NCBI GenBank assembly: GCA_963663765.2
Contig: CAXXUA010000013.1
Location: forward strand, 96,001 to 160,000
DNA length: 64,000 bases
Reading direction: 5' to 3'
Source: Candidatus Poribacteria bacterium
GTDB lineage: Bacteria > Poribacteria > WGA-4E > WGA-3G
Part shown: one piece after another, positions 1-10,027 of the stretch
How the letters are laid out: the number at the start of each line of letters is the position of its first letter
Numbering within the stretch: position 1 is the stretch's first letter
Made by a program: the position numbers and the translations under genes
Notes under the pieces: model-generated
Database searches by the model: none
Told to the model about the DNA's origin: nothing
The model's input: only the letters and a program-made list of their open reading frames with translations

Positions 1-1884
1 CTTATCCTTTCACCTTTTGACCTTACTGTCGGTAAAACTCCCCGATATTACCAACAAATTGCGATTAATAATGTTATCTCAGCCATAGTAAAAGATCAGA
101 AACGAATTCTTTTGACAATGGCAACTGGAACAGGAAAAACCACTACCGCTTTCCAAATTTGTTGGAAACTTTGGCAGCAGCGTTGGAATCTCAAGGGGAA
201 CCCGCGTCATCCGAAAATTCTCTACCTATCTGATAGAAAAATCCTCGTTGACGATCCAATGAATAAAGATTTTGCCGCTTTTGGAGAGGCACGACATCGG
301 TTGGAACATGGTAAAGTTGTCAAAAGCCGAGGTATCTATTTCGCGCTTTATCAGTCTATCGGTCCCAGAGAGAATAATCCTGGCATCTATCGCGAATACG
401 AAAAAGATTTCTTTGACCTCATTATTGTAGACGAATGCCACCGCGGCTCTGCTCAAGAGGATAGTTTGTGGCGGTCAGTGCTGGAATACTTTGAACCTGC
501 GGTGCAACTTGGCATGACTGCAACACCTCTTCATGAGGAAACCCGAAACACCTATCAATATTTTGGCAATCCTGTCTATACCTACACACTTAAACAGGGT
601 ATTGAAGATGGGTTTCTTGCACCTTATCGTGTTCGGCACGTTAAAACTACGGCAGACGCAGAAGGTTGGCAACCTACCCCTGGACAGACTGATCGACATG
701 GTGAAAGAATACCTGAGAGGGAGTACAACACTGAAGACTTTGAAAATACACTTGCTTTAAGACCGCGTACGGAAGCGATTGCAAAACATTTGACAGGTCT
801 ATTGGAATCTGATCCTTATGCCAAAACTATTGTCTTCTGCGTTGACCAAAAGCATGCAGACACTATGCGGGAAATCCTCTCTAATCTAAACGCTGAGCAT
901 GTCCAAAGATACCCCGACTATGTAAGTCGTATCACTGCAGATGAAGGTGATTTTGGACGTGAACGTCTTAGTCGATTTCAAGATATTGAGAATGATTCTG
1001 TTATCATTGTAACTACTTCTAAACTCCTCACTACTGGTGTTGATGCACCAACAGTGAAAAATATCGCTATTGCACGAGGTGTTGGTTCAATGGTTGAATT
1101 TAAGCAGATGATTGGGAGAGGTTCTCGTGTCTGTGAGGAATACAAAAAATTTACTTTTAATATAATTGATTATACAGGAGCTTCGTTTAAACATTTTGCA
1201 GACCCTGATTTTGATGGCGAACCAATAGACGAAGATGATGATTTTATAGAAAGCGACGATAAAAAGAGTAATCGTAAAGGAAATGGCACTTCTGTTCAAC
1301 CGTCAGAAGGGCAAAAGTTCTATGTTGATGAAGGCACTGTGACAATTGCTGAGGAAGGGGTTTTAATCCTGAATCCTGACGGAAGTCAACAACATAAAAC
1401 TTACGTGGAATATGTTAGTGGAAAAATCTATACGCTGTACGAATCAGAATCAAAACTGCGTGAAAAATGGATTGACCAACATTCTCAGCGTGAAATTATT
1501 GAGGAATTGGAACAATTCGGTATTGAAAGAGAACAGTTAGTGAAAGAATTACAACTTCCAGATGGTGACACCTTTGATTCAATCGATTTGTTTTGCTATG
1601 TCGCTTTCGGAGCCGATCTCCAAACAAGAGAGCAACGCGCGCAACGAGTACGAAGAGATACTGAATTTTTTAAACAGTATAATGTTTTTGGACAGTATAT
1701 ACTGTATACGCTACTTGATAAATATAGTCAACACGGACCCGACGAACTGAAAATCCCTGGTGCATTAAATATGCCTCCTATTTCTGATCATGGTAATGTT
1801 GCTGAAATTGCCAAGTCTTTCGGAAATGAAAGCCAACTCCGAAAAGCGGTCGAAAAACTTCAGAAGTTGATTTATGAGGCATAA
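1..1884 (+). CDS. hsdR: Type I restriction enzyme R subunit (EcoAI/EcoEI-like), 5' end outside window
   Basis: Frame is open from base 1 (…PRYYQQIAI…). Motifs MATGTGKT, DECHRGS, GMTATP, LLTTGVDAP and QMIGRGSR, plus an EcoEI-type C-terminal region. Confidence 0.93.
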   Translation, partial: LILSPFDLTVGKTPRYYQQIAINNVISAIVKDQKRILLTMATGTGKTTTAFQICWKLWQQRWNLKGNPRHPKILYLSDRKILVDDPMNKDFAAFGEARHRLEHGKVVKSRGIYFALYQSIGPRENNPGIYREYEKDFFDLIIVDECHRGSAQEDSLWRSVLEYFEPAVQLGMTATPLHEETRNTYQYFGNPVYTYTLKQGIEDGFLAPYRVRHVKTTADAEGWQPTPGQTDRHGERIPEREYNTEDFENTLALRPRTEAIAKHLTGLLESDPYAKTIVFCVDQKHADTMREILSNLNAEHVQRYPDYVSRITADEGDFGRERLSRFQDIENDSVIIVTTSKLLTTGVDAPTVKNIAIARGVGSMVEFKQMIGRGSRVCEEYKKFTFNIIDYTGASFKHFADPDFDGEPIDEDDDFIESDDKKSNRKGNGTSVQPSEGQKFYVDEGTVTIAEEGVLILNPDGSQQHKTYVEYVSGKIYTLYESESKLREKWIDQHSQREIIEELEQFGIEREQLVKELQLPDGDTFDSIDLFCYVAFGADLQTREQRAQRVRRDTEFFKQYNVFGQYILYTLLDKYSQHGPDELKIPGALNMPPISDHGNVAEIAKSFGNESQLRKAVEKLQKLIYEA

Positions 1885-1907
1885 TATGTACAAAAAAAGG
1901 AAATAAT

Positions 1908-4109
1908 ATGACACAAAACCCAAAACAGTTGCAGCTTTTAGAGAAATTAGAAAACTCACAAACAACGGCTCAGGAGTTAAAAACCCTTATCAAGTCTGCC
2001 CGTGATATTATGCGAAAGGACAAAGGATTAAGTGGTGAGTTAGACCGCATTCCGATGCTAACTTGGATTATGTTCCTTAAATTCCTTGATGACATGGAAC
2101 ATATCAGAGAATCAGAAGCTGAACTTGCAGGCAAAGATTTTCACCCACTTGTTGAAGAACCTTACCGTTGGCGAGATTGGGCAGCAGATGAAGGCGGCAT
2201 CACGGGGGACGATCTGATAAACTTTATCAACCTTGAAGAGGCTAATCTACCAGATAACACTAAAGGACAAGGACTTTTCCACTATTTGCGTAACCTTCGA
2301 TCTGCAGATGGTAAGGGCAGAGAAGATGTCATTGCAACTGTTTTTAGAGGTATCATTAATAGGATACAATCCGGTTACCTACTCAGAGATGTTGTTAACA
2401 AAGTCAACAGTATACATTTTGATGCATCTGAGGAAATGCACACGCTGAGCCGATTTTATGAGACAATGCTTAAAGAAATGCGTGATGCCGCGGGTGACTC
2501 TGGCGAATTTTATACGCCTCGTCCCGTTGTCAAATTTATCGTTGCTGTAACCAATCTTCAACTCGGTGAAACTGTGCTTGATCCTGCTTGCGGTACTGGA
2601 GGCTTTCTCGTTGAGGCATTTACCCACCTTGAAAAACAGTGTCCAACCATTGCTACTCGGCAAACGCTCCAAGAATCGACTATTTATGGGATAGAAGCTA
2701 AACCGATGTCTTATCTTCTCGGTCAGATGAATCTACTTTTGCATGGATTGGAAAATCCACAGATTAACTTTGGCAACTCTCTGACTGTCAAGAGGTACAA
2801 CGAAATTGGTGACAGTGACCGATACGATGTTATTCTCACCAATCCGCCCTTTGGCGGTGAAGAAGAGGTCAGCGTTAAAAACTATTTCCCAACCAACATG
2901 CAAACCGCAGAAACCGCGTTGCTATTTCTTCAGATCATCATGCGAAGACTCAAACGTCCCGAACGCAATAAGGGGAAACCGGGACGTGCCGCTGTTGTCG
3001 TGCCAAACGGAACGCTTTTTGAGGATGGAGTCTGTGCCCGTATCAAGGAAGAGCTCCTTACGAATTTCAATCTTCACACGATTGTTAGATTGCCAAAAGG
3101 GGTTTTCGCGCCATATACTGGCATACCAACTAATTTGCTCTTTTTTAACCGTTCCCATCCGACTAAGGAAATATGGTTTTATGAGATTCCGCTTCCGGAT
3201 GGTTGGAAGAGTTATTCCAAAACAAAACCGATGAAATTTGAAGGGTTTTCGGATTGTATTGAGTGGTTCCATCCAATCGCAGAAAGACAGGAAAATGAAT
3301 ATGCATGGAAGGTTAACGTTAAGGATGTTTTAAAATATGATGAAGAAGGCAAGATCGCCTCCGTGGATTTGGATCTAAAGAATCCTAACAGCGCGGAAAC
3401 TTTAGATCTTTTGCCTCCCATTGAAATTGTCAAAAGTATTACTCGGAAAGAGCAGAGCATCCTAGAATTGATGGAGGAAATCAGACTGAAATGTGTATCA
3501 GTTTACAACGATGCACTAAAACCCAACGAAAGTTGGAATATTAAATATGTTAGTGAATTGTGTGAGAAACCACAGTATGGATACACAGCTTCTGCTACGA
3601 CTGAACAAATTGGACCGCGTTTTCTACGCATTACAGATATCCAAAATGGTTCGGTTAACTGGGAAACAGTTCCATACTGTGATTGTCCGAAACCTGAAAA
3701 ATATCTTCTCCAAAAGGACGACATCTTATTTGCTCGAACTGGACCAACAGGTAGAAGTTTCCTTGTAGAAGAGTGTCCGATAGCCGTATTTGCATCATAT
3801 CTTATTCGCCTTCGTGTTTGTGAGTGGGTCACGCCACAATATCTCTATGCGTTTTTCCAGTCACCATATTATTGGGCACAAGTTTTAGAAAACACCATTG
3901 GAAGTGCCCAACCAAACTGTAACGCGACGAAACTTGCAAACCTCAAGGTACCAATTCCTCCACCTGCAGAGCAGCAGAGCATTGTAAACTATTTAGGTGA
4001 CTTCCAGAAGAAGGTAAACCGTATCAAAATCTTCCAAGCTCAGACAACCCACGAACTTGATGGGATTCTGCCTTCCGTTTTTGATAAAATCTTTCGGCAG
4101 GATGAGTAA
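1908..4109 (+). CDS. hsdM: Type I N6-adenine methyltransferase fused to a single-TRD specificity (HsdS) half
   Basis: GEFYTPR, DPACGTGGFL and NPPF motifs. The last ~190 aa are HsdS-like (PQYGYTASA…FLRITDIQ…DDILFARTG…FASYLIR…PIPPPAEQQSIV). Confidence 0.9.
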   Translation: MTQNPKQLQLLEKLENSQTTAQELKTLIKSARDIMRKDKGLSGELDRIPMLTWIMFLKFLDDMEHIRESEAELAGKDFHPLVEEPYRWRDWAADEGGITGDDLINFINLEEANLPDNTKGQGLFHYLRNLRSADGKGREDVIATVFRGIINRIQSGYLLRDVVNKVNSIHFDASEEMHTLSRFYETMLKEMRDAAGDSGEFYTPRPVVKFIVAVTNLQLGETVLDPACGTGGFLVEAFTHLEKQCPTIATRQTLQESTIYGIEAKPMSYLLGQMNLLLHGLENPQINFGNSLTVKRYNEIGDSDRYDVILTNPPFGGEEEVSVKNYFPTNMQTAETALLFLQIIMRRLKRPERNKGKPGRAAVVVPNGTLFEDGVCARIKEELLTNFNLHTIVRLPKGVFAPYTGIPTNLLFFNRSHPTKEIWFYEIPLPDGWKSYSKTKPMKFEGFSDCIEWFHPIAERQENEYAWKVNVKDVLKYDEEGKIASVDLDLKNPNSAETLDLLPPIEIVKSITRKEQSILELMEEIRLKCVSVYNDALKPNESWNIKYVSELCEKPQYGYTASATTEQIGPRFLRITDIQNGSVNWETVPYCDCPKPEKYLLQKDDILFARTGPTGRSFLVEECPIAVFASYLIRLRVCEWVTPQYLYAFFQSPYYWAQVLENTIGSAQPNCNATKLANLKVPIPPPAEQQSIVNYLGDFQKKVNRIKIFQAQTTHELDGILPSVFDKIFRQDE

Positions 4110-4142
4110 CTTTCCAGTCCCTACCAGTTTTATGGGAAGATA

Positions 4143-5024
4143 TTATTGATTTTTCTCCGTTTGCTTCCTTTCCTGAATTTCTTTTTCTATCTGGGTGTTT
4201 TCTTCAAAATTATTACGGATTTGTTCTTTACTCCGATAATCCCCAGGGTACCACGTGTGTACAGGAAAAACCGGCAGTTTCAAATGGTGTGATGTCCAAT
4301 CATCATAAGGATATTTCGCGAAAAATGAAATGTCAGTAAGTTCGCTATCAAGTGGTTCTAAGCCAAAACTCAATACATAACCTAACGGAGGAAATGCAAT
4401 CTCACTGGAAGAAAGACTTTTCGGAGAATCTCTCTGATACTGATTTAACATGTCATCAAGCATATCGCGACTTATTTCGTCCGGATTGATCTCAATTGCT
4501 GATATTGATGTTCCACCTACATAACGCGCATGGGGACCAAGAGAAAAATACACGAAAATTCGAATGTCCGGACTTAGGTAACGTTCATTTTTGTTAAGAA
4601 CAAACTTTACCAAATCAGGATGGCTGAATCTAAATTGATCCTTGTTAATGCTAAAAAACATAGTGATAATTTGTTTAATCACTCGCAAAGGATAGATGCG
4701 AAATGGATAGTAGAGCGATGGTTGCCCTTTCACATGCTTAAGGATATCAAGACTTTGATGTGCAAAATTAGCGAATGCATCTCCGTACCATGCCCCTGTA
4801 TCGTTATTACATTTCTCACAGAGCGTATAAGCACCAGCACCCCGTTGAGATATACGCCCTTTTCCATCAAAATAGTAGTCAGGGTCCTTGTTGATAAGTT
4901 CAAAGATGTGTTTTCCTGCTACGCGATGGTTGTTAAATGCAGCACGGGGCGGAACATGTTCAAATGATAATTTCGCATGTCTGCCACAGATACGGCAGTT
5001 ACCGAATACTTTTTTGCGCGCCAT
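4143..5024 (-). CDS. Putative HNH-type zinc-binding endonuclease
   Basis: Probable start is MARKK at 5024. CxxC…EHVPP…LCxxCNN pattern typical of HNH nucleases. Confidence 0.6.
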   Translation of the reverse strand: MARKKVFGNCRICGRHAKLSFEHVPPRAAFNNHRVAGKHIFELINKDPDYYFDGKGRISQRGAGAYTLCEKCNNDTGAWYGDAFANFAHQSLDILKHVKGQPSLYYPFRIYPLRVIKQIITMFFSINKDQFRFSHPDLVKFVLNKNERYLSPDIRIFVYFSLGPHARYVGGTSISAIEINPDEISRDMLDDMLNQYQRDSPKSLSSSEIAFPPLGYVLSFGLEPLDSELTDISFFAKYPYDDWTSHHLKLPVFPVHTWYPGDYRSKEQIRNNFEENTQIEKEIQERKQTEKNQ

Positions 5025-5106
5025 GCAAAACCTCTTGACTGATCGGTGAATTAGGTATTCCACACGAGCTCTAATCCACATAGATGACCTTCTACCGTAT
5101 GCTAAT

Positions 5107-6561
5107 TTAGAGAGCGAGCAATACTCTATGGATTTCGACTGTAGCGAGGGTATCCAGTTCGCAATACTCCTTTAAATGTTTAATCATTTCGCTTTTCTTT
5201 CTTTCATTTTTCGTATTGAGCATCAGATTCCAGACAGCCTGGGCTTCTAAACCATCTTGTACATCCATATTTTCATAGCACAACGAAGGCACTAAAACAG
5301 GAAGCACATCCTTGAGAGAATTAGAACCGCAAAAATCAGGATGCATATAATGTTTTTGGAATATCACTAACTGATCCCAAAGGCGGTCTATGATTGACTG
5401 AAGTATTGAAGCATGATCGGGAAAAGATTGCACTAGATCTTCAAGCAATCTTTTTTCAAAACTTGCGTTGTAAACCACTATAGAACCATTAGTGGAAATG
5501 TGATTAAGTAAAGATGCTAACAATTGTTCTCTCGGATCGGACATATCAGTATGTAGGTATTCGTGATGCGTAACCGATCCATCTTGTTGCAGGACGTGAC
5601 AACTGTACTGAAATAGAAACTGTTGGTACGGTCGTAATCCGTCAAATATCGGAATCGGAGGATTGTCTGTTTCAAAATCAAGAAAGTGAATTGGATATTC
5701 TAATTCAGTCAAAAGGCTTTGGATTGCTGGAATATCAATCTCTGGTTGTTCATCTTGAACACTATTTACGTACGTCCGTTGCCTATCGCTCAGTGGATAA
5801 TCGGCAGGGACATCTTTAAGACCAAATATACCTTTTTTTATGAAGTCGTTCTTTTTATTTCGGTTAAGGCGTGAAATAGTAAAAATGGATTTTTTAGGAA
5901 CGGACTTCCAACAATACGTTTTCTTAAACGGACAAGTGTAGGGTTTATCACAGTGGTCCCCAATCAAAACCTGTGGTTCATCGTTTCCATTGAGTATGGT
6001 TTTGAACTTTTCTACATTGCTGTGAACATCGTCCATCAACTGATTGACCTGATCTGTTACATCCTCAATAGTAAATAGGTTTGACAGATCAGGGTAAACA
6101 CAATCTTTACTATTTATGAACATTAATTGGGTTTCAGAAATAGATAACCCATGCTCAGTTAAAACGTACTTTTGGATTGCTAGGTCCTGCAAGTGTTCTT
6201 CTTTGACACTTGTTGATGCCTTTACTTCAGTGAGCCGCCACGATTTTGAGTCTTTCTGAAGAATGTCGCATTTAACCAAAACATCATTGAAAGTGAATGA
6301 AGCTTCAAAAATACATGAATCACCACGTTTTATGGCTTCTTTGGTTTGTTCTACGGAAACCAGAGGGTCTATGGCATTAATAAGCACTCCCTCTGGAAAA
6401 TAGTCACGAGCTAAAATTCCAACATCTTTACTCTGATCAAATCTTCGCTGTTGTGATATGGAAATTTTTGCAGCTCTGTCTGGATGTTTATCTTCATTCC
6501 AGATACGTTTATGACACTGTACACCATACAAATATTTTGATTTTGTAAGATAATTTGGCAT
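5107..6561 (-). CDS. DUF2779-type protein (N-terminal PD-(D/E)xK-like nuclease, C-terminal RNase H-like domain)
   Basis: Start MPNYLTKSKY at 6561. Motifs CDIL…EVKAST…DLAIQ, Cys cluster CxxPYxCPFxxxC, FLDFET, PYQQFLFQYS and YCELDT. Confidence 0.75.
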   Translation of the reverse strand: MPNYLTKSKYLYGVQCHKRIWNEDKHPDRAAKISISQQRRFDQSKDVGILARDYFPEGVLINAIDPLVSVEQTKEAIKRGDSCIFEASFTFNDVLVKCDILQKDSKSWRLTEVKASTSVKEEHLQDLAIQKYVLTEHGLSISETQLMFINSKDCVYPDLSNLFTIEDVTDQVNQLMDDVHSNVEKFKTILNGNDEPQVLIGDHCDKPYTCPFKKTYCWKSVPKKSIFTISRLNRNKKNDFIKKGIFGLKDVPADYPLSDRQRTYVNSVQDEQPEIDIPAIQSLLTELEYPIHFLDFETDNPPIPIFDGLRPYQQFLFQYSCHVLQQDGSVTHHEYLHTDMSDPREQLLASLLNHISTNGSIVVYNASFEKRLLEDLVQSFPDHASILQSIIDRLWDQLVIFQKHYMHPDFCGSNSLKDVLPVLVPSLCYENMDVQDGLEAQAVWNLMLNTKNERKKSEMIKHLKEYCELDTLATVEIHRVLLAL

Positions 6562-6607
6562 TGTTACACCTCTTAATATTTTATTATATTGACTTAGATC
6601 ACCGACA

Positions 6608-6658
6608 TAATACCCCAACAACGCAGTCCCCTCACGATAGGTCTGAAAAGCACCTAAC
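6608..6658 (-). repeat. Diverged remnant of the mdh 3' end (QTYREGTALLGY)
   Basis: 38 nt align with the mdh end at 12706-12743 with 7 mismatches, 6 of them synonymous. Confidence 0.75.
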
Positions 6659-6666
6659 ACACCGCA

Positions 6667-6850
6667 TCAATCAGCAACTTCAGAGTCCACAGATTCTGGG
6701 AGTTTTGGATTTTTACTTGGTAAATCTGCGAATTTATATTTGCCAGACCGCCGCATCTTTTCCTGCATCTCTTGGTAGTGCGCGACCAACCGTCCTACAT
6801 CATGGTCAAACCGTGCAGAGATTTTATGCCGTATTTCACGTACCTCGTTG
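6667..6850 (-). pseudogene. 5'-truncated copy of the small PIN-partner gene (11934-12170)
   Basis: Direct nucleotide similarity to 11934-12120, ending abruptly at ~6850. Confidence 0.75.
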
Positions 6851-6885
6851 ACGTCACACTACACGCTAAAGCGTGTGGATTCTGT
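6848..6885 (-). mobile_element. IS200/IS605-type right-end hairpin remnant
   Basis: Minus strand reads AGAATCCACACGCTTTAGCGTGTAGTGTGACGTCAA, a subterminal hairpin ending in TCAA at the point where the small gene is truncated. Confidence 0.55.
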
Positions 6886-8154
6886 ATAGCAGAAATATAG
6901 TCGAGTTGTAGAATGATGAAGTTTGTAGAATCACAATCGTCACAAGATGTGTGTATAGTACCACACCACGCGTGAAACGTCAAGTAGGTAAAACACGTGG
7001 GGTGTGTAAAGTTTTTGGCATGAAAATGCCTTGAATGGAGTTCTTGCTCAGAATGTATACACATGGTATCCTAACCTAATAAATAAATTTCAATTTTAGG
7101 AGAGGATACCAATGTCAAGTATATCATTAAGTGTTCATGAAAGCAATGATTGGGAAGATGATTTTAGAAAGATTGTCAAAGAAGTAACCGATCTCTATGG
7201 AGACATTGATGCTGACGAGAGTTTATCTTTAGATGATGTTGAAGTTCGTGTTTCCGAAGCATTTCGTTCTCTTGAACAAAAGTTTTTAGAAGTGTGTGTG
7301 TGTCTAAAAAGGCAGGTAAGAAAGAGAGTGAACCTGTTGAATGTCCAGAGTGTCAAGCACCTTGTCGTCCATTACGCAAGCGTGCGAAACATCTAACAAC
7401 TCTTTGTGGCAAAATAAGTCCAAGGCGTTGGGTGTATTGTTGTGAACACGGACATAGGCATGCCCCGTGGGAAGTCAAACAGAAGTTATCGGATCAATAC
7501 ACGCATCGTGTCGTTGAAGCGATGTGTCGTTTGTCTGCGCGTATTGACTATAGGGAAGCATCAGAGGAGTTGTCTCATCAAGGGATAGAAGTGAGTCACA
7601 CGACACTTCATCAAAGTGTGTGTAAGTTGGCAGAAGATTTGGATGTATGTGAACAAGTAGAGGCTCAAGAACTTGCGGAAAATCAGCGTTGGTATGTGAG
7701 TTGCGATGGGTGCCACACGAACTCTCCGGATGGGTGGAAAGAGGTGAAAGTGGGGTGTATTTACAGAGATTATCCACAACCTGTTTCGGGTGGGACCCCG
7801 AGTGTGAGAACAGAAAGTATTCGGTATGTTGCGGGTCGTCAAAATGCCGCCGCATTTGGTAAAAAGTTGTATGCGTTAGCACTACAAAGTGGCATCTATC
7901 AAAAAGATATAAATACACAAGAGATTGTATTTATCGGAGATGGTGCTGCGTGGATTTGGAACCTTTGTAAAGAATACTTTCCGAATGCTGTTCAGATTGT
8001 GGATTATCCACACGCCGTGTCTCATCTGTATGATGTTGCGAAACTTGTGTTTGAAGAGACAGAAACGGAGCTGTTTGAAGCGTGGATAAAAGAAACAGAA
8101 TGTTTTCTGCATGATGGGAACATCGCAGAAGTTGCCTCAAGCATTCGTGCCTTA

Positions 8155-8243
8155 TACCAAATTAATGGAATTTATCTTGTTTACGACGGTAGGTGCGGTT
8201 TCCTAACCGCACACTTAGCAAGACGACTCACGTTAATTGGGTA
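8155..8243. mobile_element. 89-bp MITE with IS630-like ends carrying a GTAG-REP hairpin
   Basis: Absent from IS copy 2. TTA duplicated at 8152-8154 and 8244-8246. Ends TACCAAATTAA…TTAATTGGGTA; internal GTAG-GTGCGGTT-TCCT-AACCGCAC. Confidence 0.85.
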
Positions 8244-8410
8244 TTAGCTACACAGCACCCAGAGGTGTCAGAGAGTTTAGAAAGAGAAGCAAGATATTTT
8301 GAAAAACATGCAAACCGCATGCAGTATAAAGCGTTTAGAGAAAAAGGGTATATGATTGGAAGTGGTGTGATTGAAAGTGCATGTAAACATGTTGTCGGAG
8401 AAAGGTGTAA

Positions 8411-9566
8411 TACCAAATTAACGCGTGTCGTATTGTTTTTCCATTTTGCAAATCCACTGAAAACCGACGTGTGCCAGCACTTTCTTTTTGTTTTCGGAAA
8501 ACCATTGACACCTTTTTACCAATACTTCTTCAAGTGCTGATAGTGTTGTCCAAACTTTATTCACAACCACCTCCCGCAACAGAGGCCATAAGCGTTCAGC
8601 AGGTTGAAGTTCCGGTGTATACGGCGGCAAATAAAATAACTCAATCCCTTGTGGGACTTCTAAACCTTTACCCGTATGAAAACCCGCACGATCTAACAAG
8701 AGGATTATCTGTTTCTTGCCTTCCGGGTTTACATCACGAGCAAACTCTGCCAACGCAAGGTTCATGATTTCAACACTCACACTCGGCATCAGAAGCCAAT
8801 AGGTCTCACCTGTCTGCGGACGGACAAAACCGAAACCATAGAGCCATTTATAGGCTGGACACACCGGGGCTACCGGTCTTTCACCTTGCTTCGCCCAGAC
8901 ACGCCGATGAACAGGTAATAAGCCTAAGCGCGTCTCGTCTTCTGCCCAAATCTCTACAGGTTTCTCCGGGTGCTGACTTTCAAGCGTAGCTACCCGATCC
9001 TTAAGTTTTTTTTTAAATGTTTGCTGTGCTTCGGGGGTTGCAGCAGCCTGATGTTGTGGACGAGGCGTTTGTAAAGTCCAACCGAGACGCTTGAGATATT
9101 TCCAACCTGACACATTACTGACAGGACGCTGAAGGGTCTCAGATATCCACGCTGCTACCTTCGGACCTGTCCAAAGACCACCATCAGCAGGGGGCTCAGA
9201 AAGCACAGCTTCAAGTGCTGCTTGCTGTTTCTCATCCAAAAAACGCTTGCCTTTATTGTTTTTCCGTTTATCTTGTAGAGCTGTTTCCCCTTCAGCATTA
9301 TAGCGTTTGAGCAACTTGCGAACCCAGTCCGGAGTGCATCCTACAATCTCAGCGACTTCGCGGGGTGTGCGTGGATGTGTCGTATCAGCAAGAAGCCAAA
9401 TAATATGCCAATGCGTCCGTTCCCGAGTACATTTACATTCAAGATACCTTTGTCTAAGAACTTCTACTGGAAAGTGAGGGAGAACCTCATGTTTTTTCTT
9501 TTTCATCTGTTCACAATAGCATATTTTCAAAAAAATATAAACAAGAACTATTCCGTTAATACGGTA
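8411..9566 (-). mobile_element. IS630-family insertion sequence
   Basis: Absent from IS copy 2. TAA duplicated at 8408-8410 and 9567-9569. Imperfect TIRs TACCAAATTAACG / CGTTAATACGGTA. Confidence 0.9.
8418..9506 (-). CDS. IS630 transposase (intact single ORF)
   Basis: Start MKKKK at 9506. HTH region, then WAEDE, LLDRAGFH and LPPYTPELQPAERLW. Confidence 0.92.
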   Translation of the reverse strand: MKKKKHEVLPHFPVEVLRQRYLECKCTRERTHWHIIWLLADTTHPRTPREVAEIVGCTPDWVRKLLKRYNAEGETALQDKRKNNKGKRFLDEKQQAALEAVLSEPPADGGLWTGPKVAAWISETLQRPVSNVSGWKYLKRLGWTLQTPRPQHQAAATPEAQQTFKKKLKDRVATLESQHPEKPVEIWAEDETRLGLLPVHRRVWAKQGERPVAPVCPAYKWLYGFGFVRPQTGETYWLLMPSVSVEIMNLALAEFARDVNPEGKKQIILLLDRAGFHTGKGLEVPQGIELFYLPPYTPELQPAERLWPLLREVVVNKVWTTLSALEEVLVKRCQWFSENKKKVLAHVGFQWICKMEKQYDTR

Positions 9567-9787
9567 TAAACAAGCAGCTATGAGATGGGAGCAACCGGGC
9601 ATCAATGCTGTGCTAAAGTGGAGATGTTTGTCAAAGAATAAGGCTTGGGACAGATATTGGTATCCAAACACAAAAGCAGCATGATGTCCATGCCAAAAAC
9701 TTTACACACCCAAACACGTGTATCTGAGGTTCTGTTATATTTAAGAATAATACGCCTCCGATGTGCAGGTGGAGGTGGGTTTCGTGC

Positions 9788-9816
9788 TTGCTTTTTTACA
9801 CAACCTACGGTATAGT
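9788..9816 (+). promoter_or_regulatory. Sigma70-like promoter
   Basis: TTGCTT-17 bp-TATAGT. Confidence 0.45.
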
Positions 9817-9941
9817 GTTATATGAAAGTTCGGAATGGATTAATGCATCCCGAACTTTCACATTATAAGGGTAAGTTCGGTCTGGGCTTGAAAAGTAATG
9901 ATACGTATTGAACCGATTTGTCACATCGGACTGGACTGCCT

Positions 9942-9979
9942 AAGAATTGTCAGTGAGTTACATCTCACTGACAATTCTT
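9942..9979. terminator. Perfect 16-bp inverted repeat, probable bidirectional terminator
   Basis: AAGAATTGTCAGTGAG-ttacat-CTCACTGACAATTCTT downstream of kwaB. Confidence 0.6.
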
Positions 9980-10027
9980 CTGTGCAGTATTATATCATAA
10001 AATTGATAGAAATGTAACATGAATCAA

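Larger units (their letters stand above)
7112..9684 (+). pseudogene. ISKra4-like DDE transposase, frameshifted and interrupted
   Basis: Motifs SCDG, GDGAAWIWN, DYPHA and IGSGVIESACK. Extra GT unit at ~7292; inserts at 8155-8243 and 8411-9566. Confidence 0.88.
7000..9711 (+). mobile_element. ISKra4/ISLre2-like IS (copy 1), interrupted by two nested insertions
   Basis: TIR GGGTGTGTAAAGTTTTTGGCATG…CATGCCAAAAACTTTACACACCC. 9-bp TSD AAACACGTG at 6991-6999 and 9712-9720. Matches copy 2 once the inserts are removed. Confidence 0.93.

Noticed and set aside
6645-6670. GTTAGGT/ACCTAAC as an integron attC core (also at ~11920)
   Set aside because: No paired inverse core or attC hairpin; the sequence is explained as mdh-derived LGA codons.
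9507-9671. N-terminal extension of the IS630 ORF in the ORF track
   Set aside because: It runs past the IS630 end into antisense ISKra4 sequence, so it is an artefact. The many short antisense ORFs inside major genes were dismissed as shadow ORFs.
9820-9980. Hairpins as a retron msr-msd
   Set aside because: No reverse transcriptase in the window and no enclosing a1/a2 repeats.
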